A DNA stretch of 63,684 nt, the filler included, from Octopus bimaculoides (lineage: Eukaryota), in assembly GCF_001194135.2 (NCBI RefSeq). It is 9 parts of 9 records of this genome, joined end to end, with 100 filler letters (N's around TTAATTAATTAA, not from the genome) between each part and the next. Parts side by side here need not be neighbours in the genome. Positions count along the whole stretch, not along the records: positions 29,851 to 35,755 come from NC_069005.1; positions 35,856 to 37,813 come from NC_069000.1; positions 37,914 to 39,306 come from NW_026324792.1; positions 39,407 to 44,658 come from NC_068994.1; positions 44,759 to 57,653 come from NC_068990.1; 4 more parts are not named here. One strand, given 5' to 3'. This document shows positions 35,200 to 47,167 of the stretch, piece by piece. The notes under the pieces are model-generated. The model saw nothing but the letters and a program-made list of their open reading frames with translations. It was not told the DNA's origin and ran no database searches. The stretch's first letter is position 1; every line of letters starts with the position of its first letter. The position numbers and the translations under genes are program-made.

Positions 35200-35600
35200 G
35201 CTATTTCGGGAGTTCACTGCCGCGGTTCGATTACGAGTTAAGGTGCATCTCATCAGGATGAAAAGGAATCTCAACAATTAATCGTTCACTGGTTATTCTT
35301 TATTAGACACAGGGGCCTTGTATAGAGGGAACGACACTAGGACAGACAATACACAACGTGGGACACATAAACCAAAACGATTGATGAAAGGAATATGTAT
35401 ACATACATGCATATATGGGTACAGGACATCAAAAACACGTTAAACACAATCAGAAATGAAAACAGAAAACCGAAAACAGAAAACGAACTTTTTTCGAACA
35501 ACGAAAAAAACAGAGAAACGAGACATGCAACATAAAGAACAAACCCTTTCGTCAGTTGTCCCTGTTCCATCTACTGCGCGTTTCGAAAGCAAGGACAATA
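35200..35600 (-). mobile_element. Hammerhead-bearing repeat fragment (Penelope pLTR-like)
   Basis: Degenerate hammerhead at 35262-35213, plus core motifs GAAAC-GCGCA-GUA (35584-35572) and CUGACGA (35555-35549). The 35540-35585 end resembles 50350-50395. Confidence 0.5.
35213..35262 (-). ncRNA. Degenerate type I hammerhead ribozyme motif
   Basis: UUCAUC-CUGAUGA-GAU..AUC-GAAC (one A lost)-CGCG-GCA (U>C)-GUGAA; stems I and II remain recognisable. Confidence 0.5.
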
Positions 35601-35604
35601 TGTT

Positions 35605-35648
<44 letters not shown>

Positions 35649-35924
35649 TGTGTACGTATAATATAGTGTAGCGAGTTTTTTTTAGAAATTTCACTTCCTT
35701 TTGAAGATTGCTCTTAAATGTGGTTTTGGTCATTTTGACTACTTCTTCTAGTGTGNNNNNNNNNNNNNNNNNNNNNNNNNNNNNNNNNNNNNNNNNNNNT
35801 TAATTAATTAANNNNNNNNNNNNNNNNNNNNNNNNNNNNNNNNNNNNNNNNNNNNATATAACAACAACAACAACAACAATAATAATAATATTAATAAATA
35901 ACAAAAAAAATGGTTTCTCCTTAC

Positions 35925-36046
35925 CTTGGCTTGTTTGACAATATCTGGAACCACAGGTTCGTACTCTGCCTGCGACGCGGATAAAGCCTTCCGGTACTTT
36001 TTGTTGAGTTTGTAGCGATTTTGAATGCATACTTGGAAGACAACGG
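35925..36046 (-). CDS. 122-nt internal coding exon (VVFQVCIQNRYKLNKKYRKALSASQAEYEPVVPDIVKQAK), protein unidentified
   Basis: Long polypyrimidine acceptor (tttgtatcttttcctttgcttcatttcag|), donor AAG|GTAAGG, 40 open codons, GC higher than the flanks; phase 1 in, phase 0 out. Confidence 0.75.
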
Positions 36047-36184
36047 CTGAAATGAAGCAAAGGAAAAGATACAAATAAATAAATAATACGGTAGGTTCAT
36101 CTGAAAATGTTAACGACAGAAGGTCAAGGTACTTCTTTGAAAACATCACCCCCCCCCCTTCACTCCAGATTGATCCCGCAAGTA

Positions 36185-36717
36185 TTTTGGGAAGACATCA
36201 AATAACTGTGGCCCATTGAATTCCAAGCTGTTGCAGTACCTGGTATTCACTCAAGACGAGACGGATGGTACCTTTAGAACTGTGCAGTGGTGTCCTGTTC
36301 AGAAGCAAGTATAACTCTCGAAGACAAAGTTTGGTGGCAGCCCCTCTAGAATCTTCCATATCTATATTACTAGATCTCTCTCCTACCTTCGTTCCAGGAA
36401 GCAGAGTTGGAACATTGTCAGTCTGTCCTAGCAGCTCAACTGTTACATTGATGCAATCTTCTTCGTGTAGCACCGCTGAACTGCTTCCAGATCCACTATT
36501 AATCTGATACTCTTGGCGTGACACAATCCAGATGGCTAAGGACAAATGTCCTCCATAGGACCAGCATAATTCCCTGGTCCCTTGTTCTTAAGGTTCTCAG
36601 AATCCATCCGGCCCTTCGCCTGCACATTGCCATCACTTTCATTATATGTGCATGAAACAACGCGTCGTTGCACATATCCTTCTCCAACCCAAGCACTGTT
36701 TAACTCTGGGATTGTCA

Positions 36718-36718
<1 letters not shown>
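36185..36718 (-). mobile_element. CR1/L2-type LINE reverse transcriptase C-terminal fragment
   Basis: Minus frames give NDALFHAHIMKVMAMCRRRAGWILRTLRTRDQGIMLVLWRTFVLSHLD, then frameshifted FLERR...; this matches the DLxFxxHI...GWILRTF...LV...HLDY...SLERRR region. Confidence 0.8.
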
Positions 36719-36787
<69 letters not shown>

Positions 36788-36847
36788 AGCAAGTCAAAAA
36801 TAATGGTCATTACATATAACTCCTTTATTGGAGCAAATTTGTCTTAC

Positions 36848-36931
36848 AGTTGTTTCCAGTTGTTATTATAGGTACATTACTGATAGGTTTAGTCAGTTGG
36901 TCTCTTGAGTAATTGCGGCAAATTGAACGAC
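36848..36931 (-). CDS. Candidate 84-nt symmetric exon (GRSICRNYSRDQLTKPISNVPIITTGNN)
   Basis: Acceptor ttaatgttcgtag|, donor ACT|GTAAGA; phase 1/1, joins exon 36046-35925 in frame. Confidence 0.4.
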
Positions 36932-37092
36932 CTACGAACATTAATGCTGTGTGTGTGTGTGTTTGTTTGAGTTTTTGTGTGTATGTGTGTGTGCGCCCGC
37001 GCATTTGTGCGTGTAAACACACACAATTGAATTGCTAAATGACAAATAGTTAATAGCGATAACAGAGTTTATTAATTCATTCAAAACCAAGG

Positions 37093-37198
<106 letters not shown>

Positions 37199-37776
37199 AC
37201 TTCTCTGATATTCAAATTCACATTTCTGCTTTCCGCAGCGACTGCAAATCCAGATTTGACTGCTATTTCTAGCTACCGCAGATCTCCGACCATAGCTCAT
37301 TGTAGTAGTAGTAGTAGTGGTTATTGCAGCCATGACTGCGGTTACTTCGTTTTGAGGGAGGGCCAAAATGTTCAAACCAAAGGAACTCTAGGTGTTTATT
37401 ATACAAATGTAAGGTGGTATTTGTGTACATTGTATGTTTCGACAGCGATTGGGATACGCCATAAATTACACAAATGAAACACTAACAACAACAACAAATA
37501 TAAAACAGGAGCAATAGTAACAAAGATGAGGGTGATGACGGGGATGAATGCGGCGGCGGCGACGGTGGGGACGATAATACTGTTGATGTGTCGGCCGTTT
37601 TGTGAGCTTAGAAGATAAATGGTTGCTAATTAAACACTCGAAAACTACATATACCAGTGTCAGCATTATAGAGAATGGGGCATATACACAAATACATGCA
37701 AATGCACACACACATACACACACGTATGTATATATGTATACATGAATAGAAGCAATTATATATATATATATATATA

Positions 37777-37813
<37 letters not shown>

Positions 37814-37999
37814 NNNNNNNNNNNNNNNNNNNNNNNNNNNNNNNNNNNNNNNNNNNNTTAATTAATTAANNNNNNNNNNNNNNNNNNNNNNNNNNNNNNN
37901 NNNNNNNNNNNNNAAAAAAGACCCTTTTTTTGTATTTATTTTTACTCGCATATATATATATATTGGTGAGTATATTACTTTGTATGCGTGGGCGCAGCC

Positions 38000-38195
38000 A
38001 TCTTTCTTTTATGTGTTCCAGTCATCGTACTGCGGCCATGCAGGAGCACAAACTGGAAGGTTTTAGTCGAACAGATCGTTTCAACACATTTTCGTTTAAT
38101 TTGGTACTTATTCTTTCAACTTCTTTTGCCGAGCCGCTAAGTTATGGTAATGTAAACAAATCAACACTTTTTATCAAGCTTATAGTAAGGGAGGG
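38000..38195 (-). mobile_element. Family A SINE 3' module
   Basis: cagtcatcgtactgcggccatgc...ttggtacttattc...gccgagccgctaagttatgg. Confidence 0.7.
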
Positions 38196-39262
38196 GGGCA
38201 TACGCGCACGCACACGCGCATACATACACACAAACAGACGCTCATTTACTTGTTATTGTTTTCTTTGAAATACTCTCGAGTTTATCTGTTTTAAAATAAT
38301 CTAGGTTAAATTATTCTCTTTCTACTCTTCTATATTAACATTAACAGAAGGCTGTTTACTGGCATACAAGTCGAATTTTTCAGACGAAAATTTAACAGGC
38401 ACAAAAAAAAAAAAATGGTAGTTCAACAGATTGACCAAGACGAAAAATTCCGTGTGAAATGCAACAAAACGTCGATAAATAGAGATGGTACTTGAGTATT
38501 TACGCAGCATTTATACACTTCAGACTACGTCGCGTCGATTTATAAGCCAGAAAATATTATGTCAAACGAGAGTGATTGTAAATTTCCCAGCTTCAGTTTT
38601 TGATACCGCTAATGCTCTTCCATTCTGAAACACATGAAAGGTACCAAATCTCATTTCCTGCCTCTTTAAGATTGCCGCCTTATAAGAAATCGATACTTAA
38701 AGGAAAGTGTTAAGTTTATTTAAAATCGGGGGACTTGTCATATACCGTATGATCAACATCAACACAGGTATTCATTGGAATTAACGAATGAAGATTTCTA
38801 AATTCATCTTCGGAATCGACTGAAGAAACCAAAGTGATGCAATTATGACGAATATATTTATTCTGTCCAATTGCGATTGAACTAAACAAATAATTACGTT
38901 TTGGTATTCAATTTTGCGCTTTGACTAACTATAATTCAATTATGAATCGATTGAAAAAGGATGAATTTTCACTGAATTAGAGATTAAAGTTCTTGCAATA
39001 TCTAATAATAAATTGAAGACTCTGCTTCATGTAATATATGCGGTGGTGGTCTGAATGTGTGCGTGTGCGTATGAGTTTACGCGCGCGTGTGTGTGAGTGT
39101 GTGGCGGAGCGGATTACGGGAGTAAATAATTTTCTCTATGTCTACCTCTCCTGTTCATCTATCTCACGTTCTCTCAATCCCGATGTAATATATATGTGTG
39201 CGCATATATTTTTATGCATGTACATATATATATGTATATGTATATGCATACATGTGCATGTA

Positions 39263-39306
<44 letters not shown>

Positions 39307-39432
39307 NNNNNNNNNNNNNNNNNNNNNNNNNNNNNNNNNNNNNNNNNNNNTTAATTAATTAANNNNNNNNNNNNNNNNNNNNNNNNNNNNNNNNNNNNNN
39401 NNNNNNGACAGTCTGTTAAAGTCTGTCATACC

Positions 39433-39472
39433 GGCCATGACGAAGGGAAATAGCCCTGAAACTCGAGTCGCC
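39433..39472 (+). ncRNA. Minimal type I hammerhead ribozyme with a 1-nt core insertion
   Basis: GGC-C(A)UGACGA-AGGG/aaauag/CCCU-GAAAC-UCGA-GUC-GCC; stems I (GGC/GCC), II and III pair. Confidence 0.65.
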
Positions 39473-39835
39473 TTTATATATTTATATTTATATATTTATA
39501 TACTTGATCCTTTATATTGAACACTCAATATTTCATCTACATTCAATACTTTCTTTCATGGTGCCATCCAATTTTATTTTATTTTGTATATTGTGTATTA
39601 TATTATATATTGTATATTCCATATTCTATACCCCACATTAGTTCTGCAGGAATATAAATAAAACATAAAAAACAGACAGTGTTGGAACTCTTTTAAACAA
39701 AATAATATATTCCTCTATACACAATCATACAAAAAAACCACCTTTTTTGTATTTATTTTTACTCGCATATATATGTATATATATACATATGTATGTATAT
39801 ATATGTATATATACATACAAAAATGTATATATATG

Positions 39836-39879
<44 letters not shown>

Positions 39880-40150
39880 NNNNNNNNNNACATATATATG
39901 TATATATATGTACATATATATAAGAAAGCAGCGAATGTATACGAAAACAAGGACGGAAAAAAACGGAGAATGTTACACAAATACAAAAAAAATGAACATA
40001 ACAAAAGGTATATATGTATATATGCATATAAATGGACATATAAATGATTTATTTGAATGATATATGATATAATGAGGTTGAAAGATGTTTTTATAAAAAC
40101 AATACAAATAAATTATAATTTATAAAGCTCGAAAAGAAATGACAGATGCC

Positions 40151-40279
40151 AAAACCCTACATATATGTTTCGATTCCTGCCCCCTATGTGATTAGTAATT
40201 CTAAGCATTATGGTAGGGTCATATTCTATGAATTGGTCATCACTTTCAACTATATGGGGTAGAATCTCATCAGGGTTTT
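40151..40279 (-). ncRNA. Type I hammerhead ribozyme, intact core, 85-nt stem II insert
   Basis: AAAACC-CUGAUGA-GAUUC-[85 nt]-GAAUC-GAAAC-AUAUAU-GUA-GGGUUUU. All core nucleotides are present, with G10.1-C11.1; predicted cleavage between 40158 and 40157. Confidence 0.85.
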
Positions 40280-40534
40280 ATGAGCTTATACTACAAAGGT
40301 TAACATATTTCTTGAAATGAAGCAGATGAATTACTAATAAGTTTAAGAAGTTAGATCATATATATATATATATGTATGTATGTATGATGTATGTATGTAT
40401 GTATGTATATATGTATGTATGTATGTATGTATGTACACATACATACATATATGTATTTATATACACAGAGGCACACATACACACATATGGGTGAGGAGTT
40501 AGGGGTTGAAATGTGGGTGTAGATGCGTGTGCGT

Positions 40535-40785
40535 CTTTGTATTAGTGTTTTGTTTATTCTCCATCACCGTTTGAAAACCGATTTTGGTTTGTTTATGTCC
40601 TCGTAATTTAGCGGTTCGGCACGCAAGACCGATACAGCAAATACCAAGATTCTTAAAAAAGAAAGAAAGAATTACTAGGTTGAAGTTGTTTGACAAAATT
40701 CTTCAAGGTGATGCCACAGCACGACCGTAGTCCAATGACAGAAACAAATTTAAACGTGAAAAGACAAAAACGTAAAAGATAAAAC
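40535..40785 (+). mobile_element. Family A SINE 3' module
   Basis: aatttagcggttcggca...gaccgata...tcttcaaggtgatgccacagcacgaccgtagtccaatgacagaaac. Confidence 0.7.
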
Positions 40786-41343
40786 TAAAAATGAAATTAG
40801 TCAGTTTGACAGTAAAGATACGTACAATATCTGTAAATTTTTTCTTATTTGAATAAACTCAAGAGACACGCATTGATGCCTGTACATATTTATATACATG
40901 CATGCACGTACACATAGGTACACACGTGTCAGATATGTTCTAAGTTTTAACAAAAGAACCTTGTTATTTCCTTAGGGATCAGGTCTCACTGCGTTGCCAA
41001 GCTATACCTAAATAAATATTGCAGTGAGAGCATACAAATTTTATCGACAGTAACGTGAACGTTGCGATAGTGTATCTAGATGCCACAAAGAGAGATGACT
41101 TGTCTACTGAACTAGCTATCTCTGCATAAATATTAACGATCACGTATAAAATAAATTTAGGAGAATATGTCTGTGTGAATGCATACACACACACACACAC
41201 ACACGCACATTAAATGTATGTTAATATATATATATGTGTATATATATAAATGTGTATACATATATATGCATATGGATATATATATATATGATAATAGATT
41301 AAGGAAACAGAAGATGGATTTGGTATTAGTCTTTATTGCGTAC

Positions 41344-41398
41344 GACGATCGTTTCGACCCATCCTACAATTGTACCTTATGGCTGGGAATCTGTACAG
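41344..41398 (-). ncRNA. Hammerhead remnant
   Basis: Perfect GAAAC-GAUC-GUC (41355-41344) and a stem II (CCCAGCC/GGAUGGG), but the core reads CUGUACA (2 changes) and stem I is poor. Confidence 0.35.
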
Positions 41399-41424
41399 CA
41401 TATTGTACTTATTGCATCATAGCG

Positions 41425-41677
41425 GGGTAAGGAGAGTAGTTTTGGACGGAAAAAATACGAATTCAGTAGACGAGGTCAGAACAGTACTACAGGAGTATTT
41501 TTCGTCACGGACAAGAGCATTTTGGAAGATGGGCTTTGCAAGTCTACCAAATAGATGGAAAGGCATTGTAGAAAATGAGGGAGAGTATATTTTAGATTAA
41601 AAAAGAACTTTATCTTAATTTTTGAAAAATAAAAGAAATATAAAAAAAAACTGCACTATTTATGGGATGATCCAATA
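41425..41677 (+). mobile_element. mariner transposon 3' end with right TIR
   Basis: LDGKNTNSVDEVRTVLQEYFSSRTRAFWKMGFASLPNRWKGIVENEGEYILD* matches the mariner C-terminus (G..LP.RW..V....G.Y). TIR-like tatttatgggatgatccaata|TA. Confidence 0.85.
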
Positions 41678-43061
41678 TATATATATACGTATATACATAC
41701 ATGTTTATATACATACGTGCATACAAACATATATATATATATATATATATACATGCATATATACATACATGCATACATATATATATATGTGTAAGAACGA
41801 CCGTGCGAACCAAAAAGGAGAAATGGTGACGAATGGAAAAACAGGCTCCTTTATTAAACGCGTCACACGGTCGAACACAAAAAATATCAAATGATATATA
41901 TATGTTATACTTCGATAACATAGAGAATTCGTAAATGCCAGTAAGGAAGACGATAGGAACACAACCGTATGAGATGAATAACAGTATGATTTATTGTAGC
42001 ATTAAAATGTATGTCTGTGTGTGTGAATGCGACATAATAAAACACATTAAAGACAGGCCGTCATGTAAACAAAATAGTGTGTGTAAGTAATACATGTATG
42101 TGGGTACGAGAGATACACAGTATTGAATAGAGTTAGTAACACGTATAAGGATTTAAGATACCAGTTCTTATAGTACACAGTGGTAAGTGTCTGTATATAA
42201 GAAGTTAAGGCAAGTGGGGCAGAGCGATCACTAGTTGTGATGTTGTGGCTTCTATGCCAAGCCGGGTTCTTGAATACAGATGTCCTTCGCAGGCTGATTT
42301 CTTGGCTGTTATTTCGTGGTGAAGTGAATCACACAAACAGGATCGAAGAGAGAAGTGCCGCGGTTAGCTGTTGATAGCTGGTGTACGTAGAAGTCATGTT
42401 GACGCTGGCNNNNNNNNNNNNNNNNNNNNNNNNNNNNNNNNNNNNNNNNNNNNNNNNNNNNNNNNNNNNNNNNNNNNNNNNNNNNNNNNNNNNNNNNNNN
42501 NNNNNNNNNNNNNNNNNNNNNNNNNNNNNNNNNNNNNNNNNNNNNNNNNNNNNNNNNNNNNNNNNNNNNNNNNNNNNNNNNNNNNNNNNNNNNNNNNNNN
42601 NNNNNNNNNNNNNNNNNNNNNNNNNNNNNNNNNNNNNNNNNNNNNNNNNNNNNNNNNNNNNNNNNNNNNNNNNNNNNNNNNNNNNNNNNNNNNNNNNNNN
42701 NNNNNNNNNNNNNNNNNNNNNNNNNNNNNNNNNNNNNNNNNNNNNNNTATATATATACATACATGCATACATATATATATATATATATACATACATATAT
42801 ATGTATACATACATATATATGTATATATACATATATATACATACATGCATACATATATATATGTATACATACATATATATACATACATGCATACATATAT
42901 ATATGTATACATACATATTAATATACATATAAGTATAATGTATCTATATTTATATACATAAATGCATAATATATATATATTTATAAACATATATGCATAA
43001 TATATATATTTATATACATATATGCATAATATATATATATATAGATATTTATATACATATA

Positions 43062-43095
<34 letters not shown>

Positions 43096-43097
<2 letters not shown>

Positions 43098-43260
43098 GGC
43101 ACAAGAGTGACTGTGTGGTAAGTAGCTTGCTTGCCAACCACATAGTCCGGGTTCAGTCCCACTGCGTGGCACCTTGGACAAGTGTCTTCTACTATAGCCT
43201 GGAGCCGACGAAAGCCATGAGTAGGTTTGGTAGACGGAAACTGAAAGAAGCCCGTCGTAT
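43096..43260 (+). mobile_element. Family A SINE 5' half (well preserved)
   Basis: ggcacaagagtgactgtgtggtaagtagcttgc...gggttcagtccc...accttggacaagtgtcttctactatagcc; continues into (TA)n. Confidence 0.85.
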
Positions 43261-43974
43261 GTATATATATATATATATGCATGTATACATATATGTATGT
43301 ATATATATATAATAATATAAATTATATATNNNNNNNNNNNNNNNNNNNNNNNNNNNNNNNNNNNNNNNNNNNNNNNNNNNNNNNNNNNNNNNNNNNNNNN
43401 NNNNNNNNNNNNNNNNNNNNNNNNNNNNNNNNNNNNNNNNNNNNNNNNNNNNNNNNNNNNNNNNNNNNNNNNNNNNNNNNNNNNNNNNNNNNNNNNNNNN
43501 NNNNNNNNNNNNNNNNNNNNNNNNNNNNNNNNNNNNNNNNNNNNNNNNNNNNNNNNNNNNNNNNNNNNNNNNNNNNNNNNNNNNNNNNNNNNNNNNNNNN
43601 NNNNNNNNNNNNNNNNNNNNNNNNNNNNNNNNNNNNNNNNNNNNNNNNNNNNNNNNNNNNNNNNNNNNNNNNNNNNNNNNNNNNNNNNNNNNNNNNNNNN
43701 NNNNNNNNNNNNNNNNNNNNNNNNNNNNNNNNNNNNNNNNNNNNNNNNNNNNNNNNNNNNNNNNNNNNNNNNNNNNNNNNNNNNNNNNNNNNNNNNNNNN
43801 NNNNNNNNNNNNNNNNNNNNNNNNNNNNNNNNNNNNNNNNNNNNNNNNNNNNNNNNNNNNNNNNNNNNNNNNNNNNNNNNNNNNNNNNNNNNNNNNNNNN
43901 NNNNNNNNNNNNNNNNNNNNNNNNNNNNNNNNNNNNNNNNNNNNNNNNNNNNNNNNNNNNNNNNNNNNNNNNNC

Positions 43975-44100
43975 CCTGTGATCAACTGGTACTTAGTGAA
44001 AGGATGAAAGGCAAAATCGACCTCGGTGGAATTTGAACTCTGAAACGTGAAGACGGATGAAATGCCGCTAAGCATTTCGCCCGGCGTGCCAGCTCGCCGC
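43975..44100 (-). mobile_element. Family B SINE
   Basis: Reverse complement of 53925-54060. Confidence 0.8.
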
Positions 44101-44758
44101 TTTATCTGCTGCATAATATTCATGACAGTATAACCAAGTCCTGACTATCTTTGCTACCGCAATAAAAAAAAAAAAGGAGCAGCATCAATGCAATGAGGAT
44201 CAAACACGGTTACATCCTAAAATTTTCGACAAGGAGGCTGAGAAATGTCAACGTTAAGAGCATAGGGTACACTAAAGGGCAGGTGGATTTGAAGAAAAGC
44301 GTCGTATTGCCGAGCACTATTGCAAGTACGACTTAGCAACCTAACTTCATAGTATGGTCTAATTTGACGAAAAGCGTTCTTTAAAAAAACGTACACCACA
44401 CGCGTGGCTGTGTGGTAGAAGTTTATTTGCTCATGACCTAGGACTTTGCTAATGACGACGACAATAACGAATTCAAAGGCTACGACAGAAAACTCCTACG
44501 TAACATAGGGCAGATACTCTAAATAACATTAAGTGTCAGTCATTCTACTAAATCAGCAATCCTCTTCCTTTCACGTGACAAAAATGAAAGCATAACAAAC
44601 GTAAATGTATCAAAAAAAAGGAAGAGAAAGAGACACAGACAGACAGATAGGAGAGCAGNNNNNNNNNNNNNNNNNNNNNNNNNNNNNNNNNNNNNNNNNN
44701 NNTTAATTAATTAANNNNNNNNNNNNNNNNNNNNNNNNNNNNNNNNNNNNNNNNNNNN

Positions 44759-44794
<36 letters not shown>

Positions 44795-45290
44795 TCACAT
44801 ATACTCGTATTAAACTATAGATATATGGACACGCGTGTGTGCGTGCATTCAAAGATATCCACAAACACCACATACACACGCACATACGCGCACACACACA
44901 AACACACACATATATATATACACGTACACACACATAGAAGAATCTCAAACGCGTGCATGTGTATTTGTGTGGTGTGTGCGCGCGTGTGTGTGTGTGTGTG
45001 TACATGTATATGTATATAGAAAGTGCATGCACCTGTGAGAGAGAGAGAAAAAAAAACATCGTTTCAAGAAGCCAGTTATATCAACAAAGGCAAAACGTGG
45101 AAAATGAATGCTCATGCCACAGATGTATCCCAGTTTTCCAGTTGCTTACTTCTACTAAACATCAAAATAAATATGACACCAAGTTTCGGTTGGTGTTGTT
45201 TTGGTGTTTTCAAAAGAACTGGTGCATGAAGTATAAAGTAACGTTGGAGTGAAAATGATAACATGCAGATACACAACACAAAGGCGAAGG

Positions 45291-45323
<33 letters not shown>

Positions 45324-45351
45324 CTGTGTCTGTGTCTGTCTGTCTCTGTGT

Positions 45352-45387
<36 letters not shown>

Positions 45388-45826
45388 ATACATAATATGT
45401 ATATATATATTTATATATGTTTGTGTGTGTATGTATATATGTGTGCATGTNNNNNNNNNNNNNNNNNNNNNNNNNNNNNNNNNNNNNNNNNNNNNNNNNN
45501 NNNNNNNNNNNNNNNNNNNNNNNNNNNNNNNNNNNNNNNNNNNNNNNNNNNNNNNNNNNNNNNNNNNNNNNNNNNNNNNNNNNNNNNNNNNNNNNNNNNN
45601 NNNNNNNNNNNNNNNNNNNNNNNNNNNNNNNNNNNNNNNNNNNNNNNNNNNNNNNNNNNNNNNNNNNNNNNNNNNNNNNNNNNNNNNNNNNNNNNNNNNN
45701 NNNNNNNNNNNNNNNNNNNNNNNNNNNNNNNNNNNNNNNNNNNNNNNNNNNNNNNNNNNNNNNNNNNNNNNNNNNNNNNNNNNNNNNNNNNNNNNNNNNN
45801 NNNNNNNNNNNNNNNNNNNNNNNNNN

Positions 45827-45882
<56 letters not shown>

Positions 45883-46359
45883 ACACACGTGCACACACAC
45901 ATACACGCACGCATGTGTGTAGCACTCACCATAATGTTACATGCGTGTTCGCGAACGTTTGTGAATAAAATATTCGTACAGAGATGTCTCCAGTAACGAT
46001 TGTGATATATAGTGTATGTCACTAATATTAATTGCAGCGTTACGCTCTATAGTTGAGATATAAAGGCTAAAGGTGATGATCAAATAGGTATCACAACAGT
46101 TGGAGAACAACTACAACGACGACTATGAAGATGATGACGACTATATCATCAACAAAGATAACTTCGACAATACTTCTGTAGTCTATAACCATCAAACTAC
46201 TTCGTTGCTGTTACTATTGATGCCGATAGATTTGCCTTCGGAAAAGCTGTAACAGTAGCTATGATCAGTGAAAATTGATTGACACATGAATGCATTTGAT
46301 CAAAATCAAAATCAAAGCTTCACTCTTCAATTCGGTATAGAAGCAGCACCACTCTTTCT

Positions 46360-46400
<41 letters not shown>

Positions 46401-46997
46401 TGTGTGTGTGTGCTTGCATGTGTGCACATATATGTGTGTGTGTGTGTCTGTGTCTGTATACCCAGATATATTTGCTTATTTATATATGCATATAAATATA
46501 TATCCATGTATATCCATGCTCATTGACATATATATGCAAATTTATACACACACATTTATGTAAAACACGAATAAGTGCAAGTTTTATCTTTTTTAAGTAC
46601 ATTTCCTTTTATTTCGCCCTACGAAACCCTTATAGTTTTTTTTATATTTTTTGGACAATAAACTAAGATAATTCATCATTATTTCTTGTATTTGACAGCC
46701 TCGTATTCCCAATATGAAATATTGACTTGTATAACTGCCTCTTTTATAGCTGTCCAATAACAATCGTGTAGAGTTTTACCACTGGATCTTAAGATGTTAG
46801 ATATATTATGTTATCACCAGGTTTGAATTTTTTTTTTTTTTGTAATATATGTGTATTGTCTGTGTGCGTGTATTTTAGTATTGTGTTTAGTTGTGAGTTA
46901 TGCTTTGTATATCTCTATGGCAGATCTATATAGTTTGAATGTATTGTCCACACACACACACATACAAACACCACACTACACATACACACAGAAACAT

Positions 46998-47045
<48 letters not shown>

Positions 47046-47123
47046 ACACANNNNNNNNNNNNNNNNNNNNNNNNNNNNNNNNNNNNNNNNNNNNNNNNNN
47101 NNNNNNNNNNNNNNNNNNNNNNN

Positions 47124-47167
<44 letters not shown>

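Noticed and set aside
37914-39775. 32-bp identity between 37925-37956 and 39743-39774
   Set aside because: Short, AT-rich and at a contig edge; best explained by a shared repeat or allelic contig.
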